A stretch of DNA of 62,939 nt, the filler included, from Neolecta irregularis DAH-3 (taxonomy: Eukaryota): assembly GCA_001929475.1 (NCBI GenBank). It is 4 parts of 4 records of this genome, joined end to end, with 100 filler letters (N's around TTAATTAATTAA, not from the genome) between each part and the next. Parts side by side here need not be neighbours in the genome. Positions count along the whole stretch, not along the records: positions 24,660 to 54,776 come from LXFE01000678.1; positions 54,877 to 61,079 come from LXFE01000691.1; positions 61,180 to 62,939 come from LXFE01000694.1; 1 more part is not named here. One strand, given 5' to 3'. This document shows positions 51,222 to 62,714 of the stretch, in pieces. Below the pieces are notes generated by a model. It had not been told where the DNA came from, searched no databases, and saw only the letters and a program-made list of their open reading frames with translations. The position numbers were made by a program, and so were the translations under genes. Within the stretch, counting starts at the first letter, position 1; each line of letters opens with the position of its first letter.

Positions 51222-51559
51222 AAATATTGCCTGGTCTTATTTGTAACTTCTGGCGTTAATCTTACATTTTTTCACAAATACCGGCCAGCATTTCTGCGAG
51301 GGAAACGGTCGACAAAAAGATTTCGGAAATTGCCACCCGAAGTAAGAAACGTGTACAGCATGATGTCAGGAATAAAAGATATCAAAATGGAGACTGAAAT
51401 CAAGTATACGGCAAGTAGTTGTTGTCCATTACCACTTTTTTCAGGAACTGGCGATTCAGTGCAAGCGACTCAAGCAAGGCTGAGTGTGGCCAAACGAATT
51501 ATACGCGCATGCCAAGGAAATGGGCACGTTCTGTGCCGGCATTGCTAGAAGACCTAGTA

Positions 51560-51660
51560 CAGTGTTGCGGATGGACCATGGACTTAATCCGGCCCGTGAA
51601 AAGTCCATGGCCTGGACCAGGGAAAAAGCCCAGTCCATCCGACCCATGGATCGGATGGAT
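51560..51660 (+). mobile_element. hAT-like transposon end with repeated CCATGG subterminal motifs (remnant)
   Basis: Begins CAGTGTTGCGG, contains several CCATGG motifs, and resembles the inverted copy at 49505-49547. Confidence 0.5.
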
Positions 51661-51744
51661 AGTATCACGTGATATTAACTAGTAGGGATTTACCCTATTA
51701 TGAAAATAGCCGTTACAGGATCAACACATCCTTGATTCTCCACA

Positions 51745-52045
51745 ACTTCCTCGCCTCCCCGCCTCACCAGCCCATCTCGCCTGCCTCTCCTATCTCTCGC
51801 GCCTCGCCAGTCTCTCCCACCTCACGCTTCTGCCTCTCCCACCTTACGCACGTCGTCTTTCCCGTCCCGCCTGCCCTTCCAGTCCTGCCCGACTTTCCAG
51901 TCCTGCGCGCCTTTCCCATCCCAGCCGTCCCTTCTTCCTCTCCCGTCTCTCCTGTCCTGCCCGTGCCTACTCTCCTGTCCTGCCCGTGCCTACTCTCCTG
52001 TCCCGCCCGTCCCGCCCGCCTCTCCCGTCCCGCCCGTGCCTCCTA
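51745..52045 (+). repeat. Pyrimidine-rich low-complexity tract (CCCGT/CCTGC/CTCTCC units)
   Basis: Very C-rich; includes a duplicated TCCTGCCCGTGCCTACTCTCCTG. Confidence 0.75.
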
Positions 52046-52395
52046 GCCACGTGTGGTACGAAAATGATATTGTAACCTTTTGGAGGATATTTAAAGCAGT
52101 CTCTTGTTTGGCTTTTCATTTGGTCAAAGTCTAGGTTTCTATAACCGATGCCGCTATTTCTGTTTCTGTAGACCTATAGGCGTTTGCTTATAGGACCAGT
52201 GAATAATGCTCTATTCATCCAGCAAAGGAATCTAACTATCGTTTTTTCTTGGTTTATACAAGTCTGCAAAGCTCTACAATTGCAACCTGCGTGTAACAGT
52301 CGCATGACGATTTGCCGAGTAAATTAGTGGAAATGCCCTTAATTTCAAGCCTCCACTACCAAAAAATAAATCTTAATAGTTGCACCATCGAGCGA

Positions 52396-53779
52396 ATGAA
52401 AATAAAAGCTCTCTCGCGATCTCACGAGGCTTATCTTCCAAGAAAAGGAGACCATGCGCCTCTTTCGCGCAATATCGATCCAGCTCTCCATCCATTCGAA
52501 AAGGCCAGAGAATATACACGAGCTTTGAATGCAACAAAATTAGATCGCTTATTTGCAAAGCCTTTTGTTGGACAGCTCGGTCGGGCTCATGTAGACGGAG
52601 TATACTGTATGGCAAAAAACAAGAAAACGGTCGGATGGTGTGCTTCTGGGAGTGCGGATGGATGTGTGTCCGCTGAACAAATTGGAATAACTGTCTAGAT
52701 GTTAAAACGTGGGATTTGGCAAGTCGAGAGGAAATAATGAATGTCCAGGCGCATGACGGAATTGTCAAGGCACTCGGATGTACAATTACCGGAGATTTGT
52801 TGTCATGTTCGACAGACAAGACTGTGAAACTTTGGTCTCAAACTTCGGATACGGTATTCATCTTTCCGCTAGCATTTTCTTAAAGATTGAGCCGAAACAA
52901 GTTTACCACCATGACCAATCCTTGTCATATCTTTCACCTCATGCCAAGAACAATCAGTTTGCCACTGTTTCCTCTAATCTCGATATTTGGGATATCTCTA
53001 GGTCATCACCTATCGAAACACTTGAATGGGCAACAGAATCTCTACTGCATTGCTCATTCAACTCACTTGAACCTTCTTTGATCGCAGCTACAGGGTCTTC
53101 AAGATCACTGATATTCTACGACCTACGAACGTCGTCTCCGCTGGAAAAACTTACCACTTCTCTCATTTCCAATGCTGTTTCATGGAACCCACTAGAAGCG
53201 TTCACCATCGCAGCGGCAAATGAAGACGGTAATATTTACATCTTCGACATGCGTCATCTTAAAACGGCACGAAATGTTCTCAAAGACCATGTTGCTCCAG
53301 TAACTACAGTTGATTACTCACCCACCGGTCAAGACATAGTGTCCGGCTCTTACGACAAAACAGTCCGCCTTTTCAATATTCGAGAAGGTCGATCGCGAGA
53401 TATCTACCACACCAAAAGAATGCAACGTGTCTTTAGCGTGTTATATAGCATGGACAACAGTTACGTCCTCTCCGGGTCGGACGATGGCAATATCCGCGTC
53501 TGGAGATCACAAGCATCTAAGCGCACCAAGATTTTAAGCCTTCGTGAGCGAAGCAAACTTGAATACGACGATAGCCTCAAGGAACGCTTCAAACATATGC
53601 CGGAAATCAAAAGGATTGCTCGACACCGTCATGTTCCGCATATGATAAAGTCAATCGCGAAAAATAGGAAAGAAGAAGAAGATGCTCTCAAGAGAAAGCG
53701 GGAGAATCGCAGACGCCACGAGAAAGGTATTGAAATGCCGAAGGAGAGAGAAAAAATGGTTGTAGGAGTTGCCAAGTAG
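52396..53779 (+). CDS. SOF1: U3 snoRNP WD40 protein Sof1/DCAF13
   Basis: RNIDPALHPFEKAREYTRALNATKLDRLFAKPF, DIYHTKRMQRVF, SGSDDGNIRVWR, PEIKRIARHRHVP. Confidence 0.95.
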
Positions 53780-54602
53780 GATTTTGTCGGGGCAAATTAT
53801 ATCTTTTTGAAGTAATTTTTGGAGTTGCATTTTGTAGGATTAGATTAGAAACTTACATATGGCGATCCTTATGGGGGGAATAATAAACCCAACAATCATC
53901 ACGATATTGACGAGATACACTTTATCTTCCCAGCGAGAAGCCCTGCCCTAAAGCGAAAGCACGCTCACAAAGAAATAGATGAGCCAAGATCTTCCAGGAG
54001 GCGATTGAACCCATGCACAAAGCAGCTACCGACTCACAAGCTGTTTTCTTCAAGTTCGTTGATATTCCGCTTCGGCTAAAAGTCAATCAGTGGGCTTGAA
54101 ACATCCAAATACAGAATTGTCAAACTGAAAAAATAAAGATAAGCATCAATGTGTACTCATTAGAAGGTAAGACATCATTTATAGGAAATATCATTTTACG
54201 ATGGCGGATGAGAAAGTCTGCTTCGGGGATTTTCCAACGTTACTGAAGCATGTAACCGGAAAACTTTGGCAGTAGAGGAAACAGGCTTCTTAGTTCCTTA
54301 TGAACTCTAGTTGCATTTGTTATTTGTGTGGCATGTCTCTATGATTTCAAATTAAAGAAAAATGATTTTCATCAACTAATTGCACGACATAAAATATTTT
54401 ATTTAGGTAAAGGTGGTCGGTCATATTTACATGTAGATTTGCTTTTTGTTAATTAGTATCACATATTTCTGCCGCAACGTCAAACTTTATAGATTCGTTA
54501 TAGTAACATACATAACATCGCTCTTCCATCTACTTTCTTGCATAACTCACTTTTACTTCTTTTCCTTCGAGAATCATGCCACTTGTTCCTTNNNNNNNNN
54601 NT

Positions 54603-54776
54603 CCGTTGTAACTCGATCACGTAGCAAGTGATACCTACTTGCAGTATCTGATGTGGCAGTTGTATATTCAAAATGGGATATTAGAATTTGTTTCATGCAG
54701 TTATATATCACAAGTCTGATTAGTGAAACCAACCTAGCCTGGGACTGCATCTCATTCCAACCCGCTAATCATCACC
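54603..54776 (+). repeat. Duplicate of 49569-49742 (3' end of the polyol dehydrogenase) isolated between gaps
   Basis: Same sequence with two transition differences. Confidence 0.9.
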
Positions 54777-55250
54777 NNNNNNNNNNNNNNNNNNNNNNNN
54801 NNNNNNNNNNNNNNNNNNNNTTAATTAATTAANNNNNNNNNNNNNNNNNNNNNNNNNNNNNNNNNNNNNNNNNNNNTTGGAGTCATCGTTATATATCAAG
54901 ATTCATATCTTCCCTAAGCATGTCGTGAATACAGATGTTGGTGTAGTCGGTTGTGATATATATCAGCGTGAAATTATGTATATTAATATATATTTTCTTT
55001 TATGTTCAGTTTATACGCTGCAATGCTTACAATATGATGAGACACCCAACGGCATCAACACTAAAAATCCAGTGCATCCACCTGCCCGCCTGGCGGGCCA
55101 CCCGCCCGGAGCAGTATAGACAATAGACACTTTTGGTCAAGTCCGTTCATGGATGTAGCGGCATAATGGGCAATAAAAACGGCACTTTCCATTAGTTCTA
55201 CAATGAGTTATATCCTCGCTAAACTCGGTACGATTCAGGAGGGAAAGGTG

Positions 55251-56417
55251 TTAAGTGTCTTGGTCTCTCATTGTAGCTAGATACGCAATTACACTTGCAG
55301 AACTGCCGTCTGGATTATCGACTGGCGCATTTGGTAATTTTTGCTCAAGAGGCGAAGGCTGTCCGGTGTCTTTAGGTAGTAATGCACTTGACATAGTTTC
55401 GTATTCATTCATGCTGCACGACGGTGCAGACTGATGTTGGTTGTAACTCTGTATGGCAGCAGTTTGTTTCCTTGCATTACGAATGACAAACGGCGCTTCG
55501 ATGGTTTGCGTGAACCGATCAACCTTACGCTTTAGAAGAAGTTATCAGAATAAATTGACCTTCTGTTGACCCCATCCACCAATCATCAGAATCTCCTCGG
55601 GAATCGCGTTCATAGCGTTCCGTAAACTTCCAAAGTTGCTAATGAGAGATAAGGCATCCGCTTTGTTGACACTTCGTACTGACGTTAAAGTATCGATGAT
55701 TCTTGAAGCATAATCTGGTGCTTGCTTTTCCATGATCAAAGTCGGCTGAGCCATTTCGTAAGATTTAAATGTCTCTAGATATCTCCCTGCTTCTGCATCT
55801 CTTTCTCTGTTAGAAAATGAAGGTGGTCTCTACTTACGTCCATGCAAGTATGATGGTGAGGTTATTTATAATACTAGTCTTCGTAAGATCGCGAATCGAA
55901 TCCGTGTGATTATCCTGAACGTCAAAAGTTGTTTGTGCAAACGCAATACGATGTCAACGCGCACCAAGAGGATTCGTAAATTGTAAAGCTTTCCCAAGGC
56001 TTGGATTCGGTTGTAGACATACTCAGGATGAAGGCGATGATATTTCAAGCTTTCATTCAGCAAATGGCCATATCCGAAACCATGATATACCTCAGAAATA
56101 ATGCGCAAGTGGTTGTTCCTACAACAAAATCAGACTGAAGTTCACTATCGTATTCCCATGGAACATTTCTGATATGATCCAGTATTCGATTTCCTTTCTC
56201 TCCAGTGAGCGTCTTTATCAAAAGGGTTTACTCGTACTTGTCTTGGATTGACTAAGATGTTATTAGATCCGCCAGGATTATTTAGTCTTCGTGGGGTGGG
56301 CTGTTGAAAGCCGCTATCGGGATTTGCAGGGCTTGCAAAGGACTTTTGGACAGAACTTACAGCCTGTTCCAATTGTGCCAAAGCCTCTTGATCCAAGTCG
56401 AAATCAAAGTCATTCAT
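55251..56417 (-). CDS. RAD10: Excision repair protein ERCC1/Rad10/Swi10
   Basis: [71 protein letters not shown]. Confidence 0.92.
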
Positions 56418-56645
56418 TATGATCTCACTTGTTTACTGAGGCTTCCAAGGACAAGAAGATCACATGACTTTACGAAATCAACCCATATTGCTGACCAACG
56501 AACAAGGATTCAAAGCTAGTTCCTTGTCTACGGGGAGCGTCCCAGCATATTACATTGTATATCCAACGTCTTCTGTCCCAAACGGTAATATGGTAATATT
56601 TGACAGAAGCTACCAATGCTTATACCTGTAAATATACTCGACGTG

Positions 56646-58529
56646 TCAAAAACCGCTGGCATGAATCTTTTGTTGACCTTTGACTTTTCCTTGTCCAACT
56701 TCCATCTTCGCAGCCTTAGATCCAAATTGCACAGCCCTGAATTCTAAGGCTAAATTTGAACTTGTATGTATACCTTTTCTTCTCTCTAGCCGTCTTGACA
56801 ATCCCAAGCCTAGCAGCAAGTCTTCTTAATAGTAACTTATCCCCTCCGACATGAGAAAAATCCACCTTTTGGTCTATTTGAAGACTGCACAAGTACAATA
56901 CAACATTTTCGTCAAGAAAGGGGTATCGAACTTCTCGTCCATGATGAGAAATTATGCGATCATCACGTCCTAGATTTCGAGTTGGAAGGCGGTCAATGTC
57001 AACTTGTAACTGTATATTAGCAAGTTATAGTAATGGCATTTATACTTCTTGTATCAATTTTTCCCATCCCCCGGCTTTGAATGTCTTTAGATGCCGTGAA
57101 TAACCACTTCCCAAGATCAGTCAATGCTTCGAATATTGGCATACCCCAGTTGTTCATCTGCCCCCATACCAGAAAACAAAACCTTGGCAGTAGAAGAGTA
57201 TTCTAATTTGTTTCCGTCTTGTGATCTCATAATTCCCCGTGCCCGGGCAGAGAAATAGAACGCCATGGAGATGTCGAGGTCCATAACCGAATCATTCGGA
57301 TGCGCCAACTGAAATATTTCTTTTTTAGATTGCATTGCCTCAGCAAAAGGAACATCAATCTATTGCCTATTAGGACTAGAATACAACATCATTATGCCTC
57401 GATGAATCTCCAAGCTCTATTATGAGTATTTTCTATAAGCTCTTTCCACCCTTGGAGGCCCGTCATACGATCCGGGCATAACTGATAACCTTCTTCGACA
57501 GTGAGGTTGTGAGTGGAAAGAAACCGTGGATTCTCGAAAGCGACATTGAGAAGGTCGATTGGCTCATCGACTGGAAGGACGTCGTGAAGTAATCTTGCTA
57601 TCACTCCACAATCAAGACCACCAGAATATAGCACCGCTACACGAGGCTTGTGCATATGCGAGTTCGGTATGGTTACAGCCCGTATCCGTATTGCTTCAAG
57701 AAGAATATAATGAAAATTAGTCAATGGATCCCACGAGCCAGATTCGGAAGGAATAGAGGTATTCAAAGAGAAATATGGCCTCTTCTTTGTGAGTAGTCTT
57801 CAGGTGAGAGTCTTCCTACCAAATTATACAAAGGCGGTCCTCGATTTCTTTTGTTGAAGAAGGATGTATATGTAATTGCCCACTAGATATGGGTCGTAAG
57901 CTAGGTATTGGGTGGATTAGGCAAAGACAAACACTTTCAGTTGAGGAACTCAGATCCAGGCAATAAATGCCATTTGCTAGTACATCATCCCATTCATCAC
58001 TACTTTCTCCAACGCTGGATAGAATGAATATATCGTATGTTTTTCGCAAAAGAGATCTGCGACCAAGGCGGTCTCTCCCAAACCATACTTTTCCTTTATC
58101 TTTCTATCATTCATGTCAGCGAAACAGATTACTTAAAGGTACCTGAAAGTAAACAAAGGCATAGGGTCCTTGGAGATCCTCCATTACGGCAGAGACGTTG
58201 TGGTTTCCCGATAATTGATCCAGTAGTCTTGATCCGTCATTACCATAGTAGGGCATCCACTCGGCAATACTGCACCACACCTCACCATTCCAGCAAAGAA
58301 TATTTCCCTCTTGAGATACCAGCGGCTGGGTGGTAATATCGTTGCCTCGGAGATGGAGGACAGATGATGAACACGTGAGTTCAAATGTGGTTAAAGCGTC
58401 GAGGTGGATAGCTTGGATGCAGGTAGAATACGAGTCCGGACCTCTGGCTTTGATATACGGCTCTAGAGTACCAATAGAGGCATCAAATATGTCTGTGGAA
58501 CGTCGTATAGAAAAGAAGATGCCGCACAT
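56646..58529 (-). CDS. Asparagine synthetase domain-containing protein (ASNSD1/YML096W-like)
   Basis: Ntn start MCGIF, WNGEV, GRDRLGRRSL, LYSGGLDC, DLLNVAFENPR, GMGADEQLGGY.RH, RNLGRDDR, KKRAVQFG. Confidence 0.92.
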
Positions 58530-58825
58530 CCACGGACTGAAAATTGAAGAGGTCACAGCAAGTCTAGATCCTTCTCAAGCGGTAATCGCCGGTTCCGCTA
58601 ATATTTAAATAAATATAAAGAATTATTATATAGTAATTTAATTCCACCAACAAGTACGATATTCCCTGTTTTAGAAAATGGAGATATTTATTTGGTGGGT
58701 AGCTGGCGAACGCAGCCTAAATCTATAATTCGAAGAGCCGTTCGAACCTCCCCCACTCTTCCTTTTCGAGTTCGTTTGCAGATAGAAGATTTATCTATGC
58801 TGTAAGCAAAATTCTTCAACTGACT

Positions 58826-59269
58826 TCACCATAGCTTCATAATTGCAAGATAGGTCTGTTTGCAGCCCGCCATCCACTCATTCTTCAAAATTGTATCACA
58901 CAGATAATACTTAGTGACTGTGGTTGTTGGCTCCGTAAATTTACTTAGGTATTGATAACTGGGTCTAAATTTACCTCCAGACTGGCTATTAAAATGGAGA
59001 TAACCATCGTTCCCCCAGTTTCCTGCAAGGCCGTCGACTTCGGTATCCTTGAAACTTACGTGCAACTCATAATTCCTAAAGTAGAAATTTATACATGTCT
59101 GTGTCCTGGAGATCGAGCTCAGAACATGAGTATTAACCGTTATAGCTAGACAGCTGTCGCCTATGGGGCCGCCCACCTTATCAACCGGAAATATATGAAA
59201 GTACGTATAAGATCGAGTGTTGGTGGATCTGGCGAACAGGAAGCAAAAAAGAAGACCAAGAAGTTTCAT
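58826..59269 (-). CDS. Intronless orphan small secreted protein candidate (147 aa)
   Basis: MKLLGLLFCFLFARS signal-like N-terminus, four further Cys, no recognised domain. Confidence 0.55.
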   Translation of the reverse strand: MKLLGLLFCFLFARSTNTRSYTYFHIFPVDKVGGPIGDSCLAITVNTHVLSSISRTQTCINFYFRNYELHVSFKDTEVDGLAGNWGNDGYLHFNSQSGGKFRPSYQYLSKFTEPTTTVTKYYLCDTILKNEWMAGCKQTYLAIMKLW

Positions 59270-61179
59270 GGTGAACGTGAATGTGAATTCGGTAGGGGAG
59301 GGGGGATGGTATACTTATAGAGCTGGATGTCAGGAGCTACTGGGCTAAATTGAGCATGTCTTCTTCACAATGGCCGCTTATTCAAAACTTATTTTTCAAT
59401 TTGAACTGCTATCAATATCCACATGATGACCTCTTAGAATTTTAAAGGACCTCTCGATACTCCGCCCTTTCATCATTCACACATGTCTTCCCTGGTTTGT
59501 AACCACCTGTGGTCCTGCGAGTCACCGGGCAGTGTGACCTGAAGCTTAGACAGAAGGAACTACGCCCTGTGATCGGTCGAAAGGCTCTCTCAGGTTAGGG
59601 CTCCGCCATTACAACGCTACTTTCTCGTGTTTCCAGATAGAAAACATGCTATAACCAGACTGGCACAAAGAGCGTTTCACTTGACCAGCCTGCTTGAGCA
59701 TACTTTACCTGAGCATGATGTAGGCAGATATCCGCATATAATCATAAATCGCATCACTGACTCGGCAAGTGAATTGTCCCATCACGTCGAGACGAGATGA
59801 AAGAATTTGCAGATCCGATTGAAGATTCAACCAAACGATCTGGCTTTGGGAAGGCTACCTCCACAAGTCTGCTTGAATAGCGTACAAGTTGTTTGAGGAC
59901 TATGTTCGCGTCCAGCACCTCTGCTGTAAACTAGGTGTGCATGATATTACTTGGGAATCGTACAGCGAATAAAGAGCCAAGTTAAAATGTTGTGTTCGAT
60001 GTCGAAGGGGAAACTGGGTTAAGGGTCCGTGCCGACAGAGGCGGTGCGGGTAAGTCAAATGTACCGTCGTACTCGTGGGAAACTTTCTGTTTTTGGCGCC
60101 AACACACCACGGCCACTCACATAACAAGACCTGCATCATTGCTCTGACTCAGATATCACTATCCCAAACCACTATCGCCTACAGCCATTATATTTTATCT
60201 TCCTCCGGCCCCCCGACCCTTACAGGCCCTGAGCCATCAACAAATTGAAAAGAGGGAGAACCTCATCCTTCGGTAGTCGTTTACCCTGGAGTATCCCCGG
60301 TCATCGGGAATATGCGGTCACCTCAGGAGTCGCTAGGTAGCTTTCAGGGGGTTGATGATTTATTCATCTCTCTGCCGACGTGGAGTAAAGCCTGCTCTGA
60401 GGTATATAGCTACGTACTTTTCTGCTCTTCTAGACAGAGGAATATAACTCGCCCCCGTTTCTTTTCTACGCATCATCAAAGGCAGACAGAATTCCGTCAA
60501 TTCAGACAGTAGCAACCCTGCTTGTGTCAGGCCTAAAGGACCATCAAGATTAGGTTTTATTCACTAGTCTAAGCGATATGAACTTCTATATGGATATACC
60601 GCTACTACCCCCACTACCACTTTCGAGATTTTCTTCACTACTAAAGCCAATTTCAATTTGCCTCGCCTCTACAACATTCCCTTAACCATCGAAATTAATG
60701 CCAGTTTGGTCTGGTCTACTTGGACGGTCTGTTTGGACCAGCCGGTTAGGAACGCTGGATAGGAGTCATCAGGATATGTAAAAAGCGACGATTAAGCGTA
60801 GTTTTGGGGGAGAGAAAGACGGGGTTCAAGAGAGCATCTAGATGGAAAAGATAAAAAGAACGTGTCGCGCAGATTCCGGTTGTAGAGGTTTTAGGGGGGG
60901 ATTCCGATATATATCAGAACCGATTCTTAGAGGAGATGAAGCGAAAACGTTCCATCGATTCTTTGCGTGGATGGATAGAGCATTATCCAACGCCTTACAA
61001 AAAGGCAGCTATCTGACTACTTATAGTTTTACAAGTATGAGCCACGTCATTGTAGTAAACCAAGGAAGCGTATAATAATNNNNNNNNNNNNNNNNNNNNN
61101 NNNNNNNNNNNNNNNNNNNNNNNTTAATTAATTAANNNNNNNNNNNNNNNNNNNNNNNNNNNNNNNNNNNNNNNNNNNN

Positions 61180-61400
61180 TACCCGCCCGCCCTTCCTGGC
61201 CGTCCTACCCACCCACCTTTCCCGTCTGTCGCACTTGCGCATCCGACTCTCCTGTCCCGGCCGCCTCCTTTCCCGTCTGTCTCACCTGCCTGCCCGCCCT
61301 TCCCGTCCATCCGACCCACCGCCCGCCTTTCCCGGTTCCACTCACGCGCCCGCCTCTCCTGTCCAAGCCGCCTGCCTCTCCCATCCCGGCTGCCCGCCTT
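61180..61400 (+). repeat. C-rich low-complexity tract (CCCGC/CCCGT units) at a contig start
   Basis: Similar composition to 51745-52045. Confidence 0.65.
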
Positions 61401-62714
61401 TGATCGTATCATCCGCCTCTCAAAGTCAGAGAGAACTGGCGCCTCCCGGATTCAGTAAATCCCAAACTACCACGCGAAGACATCTCGAACCTGCAGTCGC
61501 CATGCCTTGTCCAAACGCAGCCTTGCCCACCCCGGCGAGCGCTGATCGTGCCAGCACTCAATTCGGCAGTCTCAACTTGGCGGGTGCAGGATCACATCAT
61601 GCCATCGGATGCCCAAAAGCACGAGAAGTATGCATCTTGCCCGAGTTGTATTGATTTGGTTCCAGAGAAACATTGAAACCACAAACTCAGCCATCTCAAC
61701 CGGCAGTTTCAATTCAGCAAACACTTCCCCAAGCTCATCTACCCTCTCCTGCAACCCTTAAGCAAATGCAGCAGCCTCATCCAGATCAGAAGGCCCCACA
61801 GCATAATCAACCGCAGCAGCAACAGCAACAACAGCAACAGCAAGCTTACCGATATCCTCCGCATTCTTCTCATCTGCAAGCAAAACCTGAGCAACAATAT
61901 GAGTTATTCAGCCATACGGCACAGTATCACCAAGGAATGCCATTCGGTCATCAACATTACAGTGGTTTTGGTAATCCAAGTTATTATGACCAACGATCCA
62001 TGGTATCAGTCATATGTAGTGAAACTTTTTCGTTTATCGTACTAGGGATACCTGATGCCTGATGCCTGATGCCTACAGTCAGAATGGGGCACATAATTTA
62101 CAGCATGGCAGAGCCAGTGTTGGAACAGAACAAGCTACTTCATCAAAACAAAATTTGCCCATGATGCTAACAGTGGTTTGCCCACTGTTTCACAAAGTCC
62201 GGTCGCTCATGGCCAACTGGCTCATCCCAGCGCACCTCAAGGTCCTTATTATAATCCATACCAAAACTACAACCAGGTGGGTTTTCTTGATAAACATTGT
62301 CTAACCTAAGATCCCTTATCCTTATGGATATGGATCTAGTGGCCGTGGTATGTATAGTCAGGGAACATATGGTTCACCTCATGAGCAGGACCGACAGGAT
62401 ATCCCAATCAATATGGTAGCCAACCTCGCAGTAACAGCACCGACTTTACCCGCCATCAGAACTCCACTCAAGCCTCAACCTCATGTTGGTGTCCAAGGTT
62501 TGGAACAGCCAACTCCTGACGATGCTTTTGCCCCAGTTATGAAAAGCGTAATCAACAACAAGGGTATAATCAGAATGTGCATTGCGGCAACACATTTGGT
62601 ACTCAGTATCCTCAACCTCAGTACGGATCTAGTACATCTACTCAGCAAAGTGGTTCTGCCAAAGCTGCGCAGAACAATAGCCAACCTTGGGGCAGCTATG
62701 GTTCCTATGCCTAA
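61400..62714 (+). pseudogene. Def1/UBAP2L-like Q/Y-rich protein, 5'-truncated and multiply frameshifted (pseudogene or low-quality sequence)
   Basis: AVAMP...DRASTQFGSLNL motif, poly-Q, YYDQR and a GY-rich tail. Coding-like segments switch frame several times outside introns. Confidence 0.5.

Noticed and set aside
53840-54590. Possible small gene or snoRNA downstream of SOF1
   Set aside because: No convincing spliced ORF or complete C/D or H/ACA box set found.
1-58529. Stop-codon reassignment or programmed frameshifting to explain fragmented ORFs
   Set aside because: The breaks I traced are resolved by short introns with branch sites, and conserved residues decode normally.
59500-60500. Coding-like fragments with splice-like signals on the minus strand
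   Set aside because: Could not assemble a consistent frame or recognise a family.
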